A stretch of 64,000 nt of DNA. Origin: Myxococcota bacterium. GTDB lineage: Bacteria > Myxococcota_A > Polyangia > Nannocystales > Nannocystaceae. A program made the translations under genes and the position numbers. Each line of letters begins with the position of its first letter. The stretch's first letter is position 1. The notes under the pieces were generated by a model. The model made no database searches, had not been told where the DNA came from, and was given only the letters and a program-made list of their open reading frames with translations. The stretch is from positions 32,001-96,000 of the forward strand of contig JBCCHT010000027.1 in assembly GCA_039028615.1 (NCBI GenBank), in the 5' to 3' direction. Positions 24,870 to 34,329 of this stretch are shown here, piece after piece.

Positions 24870-27374
24870 CTAGTTCGGCACGTAGATGAGCTGCAAGCCG
24901 TTGGTGAGCGTCGGGGTGTTGCAGCTGTACTGCAGCGCCGAGCCGGCGTTCAGCTGAATACCGGCCGTAGCCTCGGCCCCATTATCGCCGGCATTGCCCG
25001 CGTTGATCGTGTCCGGGTAGCACACGTCGATCTGCCCCGTCGCCTCCGACAACATGGCCTGGACGCGGATCAGGTCCAACGTACTGCCGTTGAAGTGGGG
25101 CACTTCCCACTGCACGATAAAGCGGCGATCGCCGGCCACACCGAGCGTCTGGTAGTAGACATCACCCGCCGCCGCCGGGTTGAGGTCGTCCCAGAACGTG
25201 TAGAGCGTGCTGTCCGTCGGCGCCGACCCGGTGGGCAAGCAGGTGTTCGTGAAGGGCACCGCCGTGGCCGAACCGAAGTTCAGGCCGCCGTTCGACATGA
25301 CGTTGGCCTGCGTGTAGCCGACACCGTAGACGGGGAAGGTGAAGCCGATCGGCACGATGGTCGCCGCATCGTCACCGAGCCCGGTCGGCGTCCCGGTCAG
25401 GCTGATGTCGTCGCACGTGGTGCTCGGCGGCACGAACTCGTAGCCGTCGTAGCCGGAGTCACTGCCGAAGGGCGTGCCCGGGAGGTCGCAGCTGGAGACG
25501 TCGAACTGGCAGCTGGCCGAGCAGCTCAGCGTCCCGCCCGTGAAGCCCAAGGAGAGGCAATCCTCGCCGTCGAGGTTCGCCCCGTCGCAGGCTTCGCCCG
25601 CGTCGATGGACCCGTTGCCGCAGGCGTTGCACGCCGAGGTGTCGTAGGACCCGCAGTCGGGGCTGCAGCCCAGCGTACCGCCGATGAAGCCCTGGGAGAC
25701 GCAGTCTTCACCGTCGAGGTCGGCCCCGTCGCACGTCTCCGAGCCCTGGTCGACGATGTCGTTGCCACAGCCGCCACAGATGGCGTTGCAGTCGTTGACC
25801 GCCGAGGTGGCGCAGGCCGCATCCCAGTTCGAGGCGCAGCACGAGGCATCCAGCGAGCACACGCAGGCCTCGATGGCCGGCTCTTCACAGCCCGGACTCC
25901 CGTTGGCGAAGCAACAGTCACCACCGTCGAGCGGCACACAGCCCGCGGTGTTGAAGGTGCAGTTGGGGGCACACGACAGGGCACCCGCCCCGAAGCCGAG
26001 CGAGGTGCAGGTCTCCCCGTCGAGGTCGAACCCGTCGCACTGCTCGAAGCCACCGACGACCCCGTCGCCGCACACGAAGCAGGCCGAGGTATCGAAGGCA
26101 CACGAGCCCGGCGTGCACGCGAGCGTGCCGCCGTTGAAGCCCTGGGTGATGCAGGACTCCCCGTCGAGGTTCGCGCCATCGCAGTCTTCGCCTCCAGTGA
26201 CCAGCCCGTCGCCGCAGCTATAGTTGAAGCAGCCCGAGGTGTCGTAGCCCCCGCAGTCCGCCTGGCAGCCCAAAGTCCCGTCGTCGAAGCCCTGGCTCAC
26301 GCAGGTCTCGCCGCCCAGGTTGAGGTTGTCGCAGACCTCGGGGCCCTCGATGACGTTGTTGCCACAGGCCCAGATCTCGCAGCTCAGCGTGTCGAAGCCG
26401 CACGAGGCATCGCAGGACAGCGTGCCGCCGGAGAAGCCCAGGGTCACGCAGTCTTGGCCGTCGAGGTCGGCCCCGTCGCAGAACTCGGGACCCTCGAGGA
26501 TCCCGTTGCCGCACGACCACTCGATGCACCCGGAGGTGTCGAAGGTACAGCCGGCATCGCACGCGAGCACACCTTCGTCGAAGTCCATGCCCACGGTGGT
26601 GCAGGCCTGGCCGTCGAGGTTGGCCCCGTCGCAGTCCTCGCCCGAGGTCACCAGCCCGTCGCCGCAGACCCAGGTCACACACCCGCTGGTGTCCAGGTTG
26701 CAGGACGCATCGCAGGCGATCAGGCCGTCGTCGAAGCCCTGCGACAGGCAGTTCTCGCCGCCCAGGGCCGTGCCGTCACATTGCTCTGCGCCTTCGATGG
26801 TGTCGTTGCCGCACGACCAGCTCACGCAGCCCGTGGTGTCGAATCCACACCGGTCGTCACACGCGAGCGTGCCCTCGTCCCAGCCCTGCGACACGCAATC
26901 CTCACCGTCGAGGTCGTCGCTGTCACAGGCCTCGCGGCCCTGGATCTCACCGTCGCCGCACGACCAGTCGACACACGCCGACTCGTCGAAGGTGCAGCCG
27001 GCCGAGCACGCCAAGGACCCTTCGTCGTAGCCGAGGCCGAGGCAGTCTTGCCCGCCCAGGTCACGGCCATCGCAGTCCTCTCCGTCCTCGACCGCATCGT
27101 TGCCGCACTCGGCCGAAGGCCCGTCCGAAGAGCTGCCGCCGGTTTCGTCGGCCGAGCCGCTCCCGACGTCGGTATCGCCTCCGGTCTCGCTCATCGTGCC
27201 GGCACCGCTGGTCGTCGGATCCGGCGCGCCGACGGTACTCTCACCGCCGCCATCGGTAGGGACACCAAAGGTCGTGATGACGCCGACGGCTCCGTCGTCG
27301 CCACAGCCCGCCAATCCGAATACGGTGGTCAGCCCAAGGCCGCCCACACATAGTGATTCAATCCACCCCCGCAT
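24870..27374 (-). CDS. Myxobacterial Cys-rich repeat lipoprotein with C-terminal NIDO-like domain
   Basis: Lipobox LAGC. Ten ~48-aa units CG(N/D)...ExCD..L.G..C...G...G.L.C...C..D.S.C, one inserted Cys-rich module, then IGFTFPVYG...SNGGL.F...FWDDL. Confidence 0.82.
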   Translation of the reverse strand: MRGWIESLCVGGLGLTTVFGLAGCGDDGAVGVITTFGVPTDGGGESTVGAPDPTTSGAGTMSETGGDTDVGSGSADETGGSSSDGPSAECGNDAVEDGEDCDGRDLGGQDCLGLGYDEGSLACSAGCTFDESACVDWSCGDGEIQGREACDSDDLDGEDCVSQGWDEGTLACDDRCGFDTTGCVSWSCGNDTIEGAEQCDGTALGGENCLSQGFDDGLIACDASCNLDTSGCVTWVCGDGLVTSGEDCDGANLDGQACTTVGMDFDEGVLACDAGCTFDTSGCIEWSCGNGILEGPEFCDGADLDGQDCVTLGFSGGTLSCDASCGFDTLSCEIWACGNNVIEGPEVCDNLNLGGETCVSQGFDDGTLGCQADCGGYDTSGCFNYSCGDGLVTGGEDCDGANLDGESCITQGFNGGTLACTPGSCAFDTSACFVCGDGVVGGFEQCDGFDLDGETCTSLGFGAGALSCAPNCTFNTAGCVPLDGGDCCFANGSPGCEEPAIEACVCSLDASCCASNWDAACATSAVNDCNAICGGCGNDIVDQGSETCDGADLDGEDCVSQGFIGGTLGCSPDCGSYDTSACNACGNGSIDAGEACDGANLDGEDCLSLGFTGGTLSCSASCQFDVSSCDLPGTPFGSDSGYDGYEFVPPSTTCDDISLTGTPTGLGDDAATIVPIGFTFPVYGVGYTQANVMSNGGLNFGSATAVPFTNTCLPTGSAPTDSTLYTFWDDLNPAAAGDVYYQTLGVAGDRRFIVQWEVPHFNGSTLDLIRVQAMLSEATGQIDVCYPDTINAGNAGDNGAEATAGIQLNAGSALQYSCNTPTLTNGLQLIYVPN

Positions 27375-27441
27375 ATCCCAATGCTACACCATGGGTGGCA
27401 CGATGCGGCCCTGCCGATCACGCCGAGCGTCCGTGAGTGGA

Positions 27442-28155
27442 TCACCATGAAATGGACTTCCCGTCCTTGAAGAAGCCACCCGTTCGTTCCCATGGCAGAC
27501 GCAAGGTCGCGAGCAAGCCATCGGCGGCGTCCTGCGGTGTTCCCGGGGCATCGGGGCCGCCCAAATCGGTCTTGACCCAGTCAGGATCGAAAGCAATGAC
27601 GGAAACCTGTCCCTCGAGTTCTGCCGCCTGAAGCATGGTGAGGCCATGCAGGGTCCACTTGCTCAAGCGGTAGGAGGCGATGCCCGGCTCGGTGAGACCC
27701 TTATGCGTACCAGCACCCGAACCTACATTGACGACGCGGGGCTCGACCCCTTCGAGTAGCAAGGGGACCAACGCCCGCGTCGCCCGAAACGGAGCGAGGA
27801 CGTTGACGTCGAGGGTCTGCTCGAGGATGCCTTCGGGCTCGGCCATGATCGCCGCGTCGTGGTGAAGCATGACGGCCGCGTTGTGGATCACGGTGTCCAC
27901 CGCCCCCCACTTGGCCGCGACTCGATCCGCGAGCCGCTGCGCCGAGTCGGCCGCAGTCACATCGAGCACGAGGGTTTCGAACGAACCCGGCCCGAGTTCA
28001 GCCAGCTCTTCGCGCGCCCGCGCGAGCCGTTCGGCATCGCGGGCAATGCCGAGCACATCGGCTCCCCCCGCGATGAAACGCTCGGCCGCGCAGCGACCAA
28101 TGCCGCGCGACGCCCCGGTCAGCACGATGCGACGCCCCTCCAACGAATCAGCCAT
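27442..28155 (-). CDS. Short-chain dehydrogenase/reductase (SDR)
   Basis: TGASRGIG, HNAAV, VNVGS, YRLSK and DPDWVKTDLGG. ATG at 28155. Confidence 0.9.
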   Translation of the reverse strand: MADSLEGRRIVLTGASRGIGRCAAERFIAGGADVLGIARDAERLARAREELAELGPGSFETLVLDVTAADSAQRLADRVAAKWGAVDTVIHNAAVMLHHDAAIMAEPEGILEQTLDVNVLAPFRATRALVPLLLEGVEPRVVNVGSGAGTHKGLTEPGIASYRLSKWTLHGLTMLQAAELEGQVSVIAFDPDWVKTDLGGPDAPGTPQDAADGLLATLRLPWERTGGFFKDGKSISW

Positions 28156-28279
28156 CGCGGAAGCGTACCCGAAGCCATCGCCGCTGCGGGCGGCCATGGT
28201 GCACACGAGCAATGGAACAGTTGCTTCCGGTCACCCGCGCCAACGCGTCGTCGAAGCGCTACCCTTGCAGCCTTCGCCC

Positions 28280-28888
28280 ATGGCCACTCACGGACCCATC
28301 GACCGCAAGGCCCCCCGCGAGCGCATCGAGCTCGACGAGACCTCGTGGGTCGACGTGGTACGAGGGTTCGCCGCCGACTCGCAGCAGACCCTCGAGCGAC
28401 TGATCGAGACCGTCGACTGGCGCGACAACTGGGTCATCCGCGGTGGTCGCAAGGTGGCCGACCCGCGCCTGTCCGGCTCGCTCAGCCGCGCCCAAGCCGA
28501 CGCCGACCCCACCTTTCGCTTCAGTCGCCTCATCATGGAGGCCCGCTACCGAGTGCGCCTGGTCGGGCCCCAGTTCGTCTACTACCGCGACGGTCGCGAC
28601 AGCATGGGCCTGCACCGCGACGATGAGATGCGCTGGGTCGACAAGACCATCATCGCCGGCCTCGCTTTTGGGGCCACGCGCCCCTTCGTGCTGCGATCGA
28701 TGCGAGGCGGAGCGGAGCACGAGATCCAGCTCGCCAGCGGCGACCTGTATGTCATGGGCGGTCGGTGCCAGGCCGACTGGCTGCACGGCGTGCCCAAGGT
28801 GCCCGAGGCGGGTCCCAAGATCTCCGCCGTGTGGCGCTGGACCTCGCGACAGGGCAAGCCGGTCCCCGTACGACGCGACGGACCTTGA
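28280..28888 (+). CDS. AlkB-like 2OG-Fe(II) dioxygenase
   Basis: YYRDGRDSMGLHRDDE (HxD), FGATRPF, GDLYVMGG...WLHGVPK. ATG at 28280. Confidence 0.85.
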   Translation: MATHGPIDRKAPRERIELDETSWVDVVRGFAADSQQTLERLIETVDWRDNWVIRGGRKVADPRLSGSLSRAQADADPTFRFSRLIMEARYRVRLVGPQFVYYRDGRDSMGLHRDDEMRWVDKTIIAGLAFGATRPFVLRSMRGGAEHEIQLASGDLYVMGGRCQADWLHGVPKVPEAGPKISAVWRWTSRQGKPVPVRRDGP

Positions 28889-29041
28889 GCCCTGCAATTG
28901 CGGAGGCGCCCGAGCTTTGCGCCCTCGTTCGTCATGACCACGCCCTCGAATATTCTCCAATGATTCCGGTGACAATGCTCGGCTGAGGCCATCGTTCCCC
29001 GCCCGCTAGCGAGCGCCCCCGATCCGTGGCACAACGCCGAG

Positions 29042-29869
29042 ATGTCGACCGACATCGGAGCGCCGACCTGGACCCGTGACGACGTACTCGCGGCCCTGCC
29101 TGCGTTCGCCGAGGTCTACGGCAAGCGGCCGATCCAGGACAACCGCGGCGGCATGAAGGCCCCGCACATGTTCGCGACCTGGTTCATGACGCGGGCGCTC
29201 CAGCCCAAGGTGATCATCGAGAGCGGGATCTGGCGCGGCCAGAGCACCTGGCTGCTCGAGCAGGCCTGTCCCGAGGCCCGCATCATCTCCATCGACCCCG
29301 AGCTGTCCGCCCGCGAGTACATCTCGTCGCGGGTCACCTATCACGACACGGACTTCTCCGAGCTCGACTGGACCGAGCTCGACCCCGAGCAGACGCTGGT
29401 CTTCTTCGACGACCACCAAAACGCCCTCGGTCGCGCTCAGCAGTGCCGATGGTTCGGCCTCCGCCACCTCATCTTCGAAGACAACTATCCCGCGTCGTGC
29501 GGGGACTGCTACAGCCTGAAGAAGGCCTTCGCGGGCGCCGGCTTCGAGCCCAGCACCCCCGACAACCGCTGGCGCGGCAAGCTGGCGAAGATGGTCGAGG
29601 GCGCCCGCTCGGGCATGCTGCAGTACCACAGCGACCGCGTGGCCCCGAACCAACACGACGCGGCCATCCTGCGTCGGAACCTCGAGGTCTACCACGAGTT
29701 CCCGCCCGTGTTCGTCCGCGACAACACCCGCTGGGGCGACCCGTGGACGGAGCCGGCCTACCCCACCCCCGCGCCGCTGCTCTCGGCTGACGACAAAGAC
29801 CGACACCCGGTCTTCTGGGAAGAAGCCGAGCACTACACCTGGATCTGCTACGCGCGTCTGAAGGCATGA
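29042..29869 (+). CDS. Hypothetical protein with class I SAM-methyltransferase-like motifs, in a polysaccharide-related operon
   Basis: IIESGIWRGQSTW (motif I-like), ISID, VFFDDH and IFEDNY. ATGA-coupled to the flippase gene. Confidence 0.55.
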   Translation: MSTDIGAPTWTRDDVLAALPAFAEVYGKRPIQDNRGGMKAPHMFATWFMTRALQPKVIIESGIWRGQSTWLLEQACPEARIISIDPELSAREYISSRVTYHDTDFSELDWTELDPEQTLVFFDDHQNALGRAQQCRWFGLRHLIFEDNYPASCGDCYSLKKAFAGAGFEPSTPDNRWRGKLAKMVEGARSGMLQYHSDRVAPNQHDAAILRRNLEVYHEFPPVFVRDNTRWGDPWTEPAYPTPAPLLSADDKDRHPVFWEEAEHYTWICYARLKA

Positions 29870-31368
29870 GTACCGACGCGCATCGCCGGGCGTCCCGCAC
29901 CGCCGGTGTGCTCGTCCTCGGCAAGGTCCTGGCGACCTTGGCCGAGATGGTCCTGCCGCTGCTGATCGTGCGGCTGCTCGGCAAGGCCGACGTCGGCGCC
30001 CTGATGGCGCTGATGCTCATCTACAACACGCTCGCGCCGATCGTCAGCACCGGGGTCCCGCAGGCGGTCATGTACAACCTGCCCGGCCGCAGCCCGGCCG
30101 AGCGCGCCGCGGTGACCCGCCACATCGTGCGCTTGATGATCGGCCTGGGGGGGGTGGCCGCCGTGATCTTGGCGGCGCTGGGCCTATGGGGCACGCAAGC
30201 GGTCGAGGCCTTCTCTCCCGAGTCCGGCGTCACCGATCTGTCCCCGCTGCTGGTGCTCGCCCTGTTCCCGCTCGGCGACGTCCCGGCCCGCATGCTGACC
30301 AACCTGCTCGTGATCGAGGAGCGACCCCGCGGCGCCGCGGGCTACGGCCTGCTCCGCTCGCTGGGCATGAGCGTGTGCACCCTGGTGCCCATCGCCATGG
30401 GCGGCGACGCGTGGTCCGTGGCCACCTGGCTCGCCGTCTTCGGCCTGGCTCAGCTCGCGCTGGTGTTCGGGTACGTGAACAGGATCTACGCCGGAGTGGC
30501 GCGGCAGCCGAGCCCGGTCGACTACGGCACGCTCATTCGCTTCGGCCTCCCGCTGGGCATGACCAGCATGGTCGCGGTGCTCAACAAGTTCTTCGATCGC
30601 TTCGCGATCCTGCTGTACTTCGGCGGCACCCAGTACCCGGAGTACGAGATGGGGGCGTGGCAGATCCCCATCATCACCACCATCCCGTACATGATCGGCA
30701 CCGCGATCGCGCCGCAGATGGTGGAGGCCTTCCAGGCCGAGCGCCCCCGCGAAGCCCTCTCGCTGTGGCGCGCGTCGATCGACAAGACCTCGCTGCTCGT
30801 CGTGCCCTTCGCGCTGGTGTTCGTCGTCGCGGCCGAAGAAGCGGTGGAGCTGCTGTTCACCGCCGACTACCTGGCGGCCGCCCCCGTGCTGCGCTGGTAC
30901 TCGATCCTCAGCCTGGGGAGGGTCGCGTCCTACGGAGAGGTCATCGTGGCCGCGGGGCGACCGAAGTACGTGCTCCAGGCCGCCGTCTTGTCCTTCGCCT
31001 CGAACGTAGTGCTCAGCGTGCCGCTGCTGTTCTGGCTGGGCTTCATCGGACCCGCCATGGGCACCGCCCTGGCCTTCATCCCCTGCGCGATCTTCTATTG
31101 CTGGTGCATCGCGCGAGCGTCGGGGCTGCGCATCACCGAGACCTTCCCGCTGCTGAGCTACCTGCGCATCCTCGCCGTCGGGCTCACCGGGGTGGCGCTG
31201 GCCGTCGGCTTCAAGCTCTCGTTCGACGGCTCCGCCGCGATGATGATGGCGACCGAGGCCGCCATCCTCCTGGTCACCTTCGCGGTGGTCGGGACCCTCA
31301 CCCGCACCATCGGCACCGAGGACTGGCGCTACCTACGGAACTGGCTGCGGCTGCGACTCGGCGGCTGA
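29866..31368 (+). CDS. Oligosaccharide flippase (Wzx/MOP superfamily)
   Basis: About 12-14 hydrophobic segments, IVRLLGKADVG, FGLPLG...FDRF, LLFTADYLAAAPVL and LGFIGPAMGT. Confidence 0.85.
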   Translation: MSTDAHRRASRTAGVLVLGKVLATLAEMVLPLLIVRLLGKADVGALMALMLIYNTLAPIVSTGVPQAVMYNLPGRSPAERAAVTRHIVRLMIGLGGVAAVILAALGLWGTQAVEAFSPESGVTDLSPLLVLALFPLGDVPARMLTNLLVIEERPRGAAGYGLLRSLGMSVCTLVPIAMGGDAWSVATWLAVFGLAQLALVFGYVNRIYAGVARQPSPVDYGTLIRFGLPLGMTSMVAVLNKFFDRFAILLYFGGTQYPEYEMGAWQIPIITTIPYMIGTAIAPQMVEAFQAERPREALSLWRASIDKTSLLVVPFALVFVVAAEEAVELLFTADYLAAAPVLRWYSILSLGRVASYGEVIVAAGRPKYVLQAAVLSFASNVVLSVPLLFWLGFIGPAMGTALAFIPCAIFYCWCIARASGLRITETFPLLSYLRILAVGLTGVALAVGFKLSFDGSAAMMMATEAAILLVTFAVVGTLTRTIGTEDWRYLRNWLRLRLGG

Positions 31369-31438
31369 GCGCGCTGCATGGGGCCCCTGGCTCGCTTTCA
31401 CCGGTCTGGGTGCGAAGGAGGTATGCTCCGCCCCCGTC

Positions 31439-32401
31439 ATGTCCCCCCGCCTGCGGGCCCACTCCATCGCGGCCGCCGAGCCCTCCCTGGCCGCCCAGCA
31501 AATCGCGACCGCTGCCCTCGGCGATGCTCCGCGGGCGCGCCCGCTCGTGCTCGTCGTCGCGAGCTGGGGAGCCCACCCCGGGCTGCGGCCCAGCCCCTGG
31601 GTGCTCGACGGGGTGATGCAGGCGATCGACGACGGCACGCTGAACGGACACTCGTTCGTGCTCGGCGACGACGAAGGCCCCGACTCGCTGTCGGCTCGGC
31701 TCTCGGCGCGTGGCCTGCCGCCCAGCCCCGCTCGCGGTGCCGACACCATCACGCTGCACCCGGCCGGCTCCCGTCGCACGCTGCGAATCCCTCGCGCGTG
31801 GGTCGGGGCCAACCTGTGCCTCGTGCTGCCCTGCCTGCACCGAGAGCAGCCGGCCAAGCAAGGGCCCCGCTGGCGCGGCCCCGTCGGCCAGGCGCTGCTG
31901 CAGCTGGTGAGCGAGTGGGGGGCCGTCCGAGCCCGCGACTCGATCCAGCAGGCCGCCCACTGCATCGCCGAGCTCTTCGCCCACGTCAGCGTCATCATCG
32001 ACGCGAGCTGGTGGGCTCCGCTATCCGCCGACGACGAGGGCGCGCCCTTCTTGCTCGCGCCCGAGCGCACGCTGGGCCTGCGCCTGACCGCGCCCGTGTC
32101 CAGCGACGTGGCCATCGATCCCCAGCTCGCCGACGCGTGGATCGGCCGACAGCTCGGCCTCAACCTCCGACGTCGCGGTGAGCCGCCCCGCGTGGTGGGG
32201 CCCGCCGCGCGCACGCCTTGGCCCAAGCTGCCGCGCTCCCCCGCGCCGCGTCGCAAGCCGGGCCTGGCGGGGCAAGCCGTCGCCGCGCTGTGGCAACGCA
32301 CCGATGCCAAGGGCTCGCGCCGCGGCGCCTTGCCCCCGGCCGTCCCCGGCTCGCTCGCCGAGCTGTGGGACGACTACGAGTCCGGGTCGAGGCCGCAGTG
32401 A
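31439..32401 (+). CDS. Hypothetical protein, weakly DUF362-like
   Basis: Co-oriented operon member coupled to the next gene (GTGA). Segments LRIPRAWVGANLCLVLP, VIIDA and SDVAID resemble degenerate DUF362 motifs. Confidence 0.45.
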   Translation: MSPRLRAHSIAAAEPSLAAQQIATAALGDAPRARPLVLVVASWGAHPGLRPSPWVLDGVMQAIDDGTLNGHSFVLGDDEGPDSLSARLSARGLPPSPARGADTITLHPAGSRRTLRIPRAWVGANLCLVLPCLHREQPAKQGPRWRGPVGQALLQLVSEWGAVRARDSIQQAAHCIAELFAHVSVIIDASWWAPLSADDEGAPFLLAPERTLGLRLTAPVSSDVAIDPQLADAWIGRQLGLNLRRRGEPPRVVGPAARTPWPKLPRSPAPRRKPGLAGQAVAALWQRTDAKGSRRGALPPAVPGSLAELWDDYESGSRPQ

Positions 32402-33396
32402 GCACCCTGCTCCGCCGCACGCTGTATGCCCTGGCCGCGGGCATCCTGCTCTACGTGGCCGGCGTCCTGTACTTCGACGTCGGGCCGGTCATGGAGACGC
32501 TGCGGGGCTACCCCTGGTGGGTCTTCGGCGCGGCCTTGCTGCTTTCGGCGGGCAACTACCTGCTGCGCTTCGCCAAGTGGGAGCTTTCGCTGGGCTGGCT
32601 TCAGGTTCGCGAGCAAGCGCCCGGCCTCACCCGCGGTCGCTCGCTGCTCATCTACCTCGCGGGGCTGTCCATGTCGGTGACGCCGGGCAAGGTCGGCGAG
32701 GTCCTGCGCAGCATGCTGCTCAAGGCCAGCGACGGCATCCCCTTCACTCGCACCGCCCCCGTCGTCGTCGCCGATCGCCTCACCGACCTGATCGCGCTGG
32801 TCCTGCTGGCCGCGATCGGGGTCGCCGAGCGCCCCGAGTACCTCCCCGTGCTCGTCGTGACCGTGGTCCTCGTGGTGGTGGGCGTGCTGATCCTCGGCTC
32901 TGCTCGGGCGATGAGCGGCATCCTCGATCTGCTGGCGCGAGTCGACCGCCTCCGCGGCCTCGTCGACAAAGCACGGCCGCTGGTCGACAGCAGCGCCACG
33001 CTGATGCGACTGGGACCGCTGAGCTGGCTGACGGTGCTGAGCGTGGCCGGCTGGGGCCTCGAGTGCGTCGGCTTCTGGCTCATCGTCGATGGCTTCGCGG
33101 GCATCGACGCTTCGCTGCGGACCTGCTCGTTGCTGTGGGCGGCCGGCACCCTGGTCGGCGCGTTGAGCTTCTTGCCCGGCGGTCTCGGTGCCACCGAAGG
33201 CAGCTTGGTCGTCGCGACCACTCGCCTCGTCGCGGGCGCATCCCAAGCGGTAGCCCTGGCCGCATCGTTGCTCGGCCGCATCGCGACCCTGTGGTTCGGC
33301 GAGCTCGTGGGTGGAATCGCACTCGCCCTGTTCCTGCGTGATCCAGCGATACGCCAGCGTGCGTTGGCGGCAGAGCGTGACGAAGACGCGACCTGA
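32398..33396 (+). CDS. Lysylphosphatidylglycerol synthase TM-domain (UPF0104/AglD2-like flippase) protein
   Basis: NYLLRFAKW, TPGKVGEVLR, DRLTD and SFLPGGLGATEG with multiple TM helices. GTG at 32398. Confidence 0.87.
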   Translation: MSTLLRRTLYALAAGILLYVAGVLYFDVGPVMETLRGYPWWVFGAALLLSAGNYLLRFAKWELSLGWLQVREQAPGLTRGRSLLIYLAGLSMSVTPGKVGEVLRSMLLKASDGIPFTRTAPVVVADRLTDLIALVLLAAIGVAERPEYLPVLVVTVVLVVVGVLILGSARAMSGILDLLARVDRLRGLVDKARPLVDSSATLMRLGPLSWLTVLSVAGWGLECVGFWLIVDGFAGIDASLRTCSLLWAAGTLVGALSFLPGGLGATEGSLVVATTRLVAGASQAVALAASLLGRIATLWFGELVGGIALALFLRDPAIRQRALAAERDEDAT

Positions 33397-33437
33397 GCCC
33401 CTTGTCCCCCGCGCCATAAGCTGCGAGCGTGCCCCGC

Positions 33438-33944
33438 ATGGAGTACCGCATCGAGGACACGTTCGACGTCTCCGCCGAGTACTACTGGGATTTCTTCTTC
33501 TCAGAGCCTTACAACGCCGCCCTGTGGCCGGCGATCGAGATCGACTGGGAGCTGCTGAAGCTCGAGCGCACGGGCGAAGGCTCGTCGCTTCGCATCACTC
33601 GCGAGCAGCGGCTCACCCCGCGCCGCGAGGTCCCGGGCTTCCTCAAGAAGTTCGTCGACGGGGCCATCACCTACGTCGAGAAGAACGAGTTCAGCGCGGC
33701 CGACAACGCGATGAAGACGGTCACCATCCCGGGCTTCGCCGCCGACCGACTGCGGACCGTGGGCACCTACCGACTCGAGGTCCTCGGACCTTCGAAGGTG
33801 AAGCGCATCTGGGACGGCGTCTGCGAGTGCAAGATCCCGCTCATCGGGCGCAAGGTCGAAAAGCAGCTCGTCGAAGAAGTTCGGCAGTCCTACGAGCGCA
33901 CCACCGTGTTCACCCGTAAGTGGATCGCCGACCATTCCACGTAG
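33438..33944 (+). CDS. DUF2505-like (SRPBCC/START-fold) protein
   Basis: 168 aa with VPGFLKKF, YVE and CKIPLIGRKVEKQL, typical of this family. Confidence 0.7.
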   Translation: MEYRIEDTFDVSAEYYWDFFFSEPYNAALWPAIEIDWELLKLERTGEGSSLRITREQRLTPRREVPGFLKKFVDGAITYVEKNEFSAADNAMKTVTIPGFAADRLRTVGTYRLEVLGPSKVKRIWDGVCECKIPLIGRKVEKQLVEEVRQSYERTTVFTRKWIADHST

Positions 33945-33971
33945 GTCGATCGACGACTGCCGAGTACATTG

Positions 33972-34000
33972 GGGCGCGCCTTCGGGCGCGTTCGTTCGTT
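33972..34000 (+). terminator. Candidate intrinsic terminator
   Basis: GGGCGCGCC-TTCG-GGCGCGTTC hairpin (C-UUCG-G loop) followed by T-rich GTTCGTT, 28 nt after the stop at 33944. Confidence 0.5.
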
Positions 34001-34329
34001 CGCGGCCGCTGCGCAACGCGGGGCGGTGCCCCATCACCGCGGGTCGAGCCGGGGGCCCTCGGCCACCGCCGTGCGTTCGCATTGGCCCCGTGCATCGCAG
34101 CCGGGTGCGAGCATCGACGGAACGCTCTCGGCACGCCGATGAGCCAGTGCCCGATCTCGCTAGCCTACCCCCGCTACGCGGCCGGTCGACCCCTCTCGCT
34201 GGGACTGTGCAAAAAGTTCATGGTCGCTGAATCGTTTGCAGGATGGGCGACAGCGCCGTTCTGAGGCCGATTCCGATTTCCGAGGGTCCCCCGAACGCCC
34301 CTGAAATCACGGTATGCTCGTCGACGGCG

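Noticed and set aside
33945..34329. Longer intergenic regions (also 10255-10506) as possible ncRNA or riboswitch
   Set aside because: No tRNA, riboswitch or other RNA-family signature is recognisable by eye. An Rfam/Infernal scan would be needed to exclude one.
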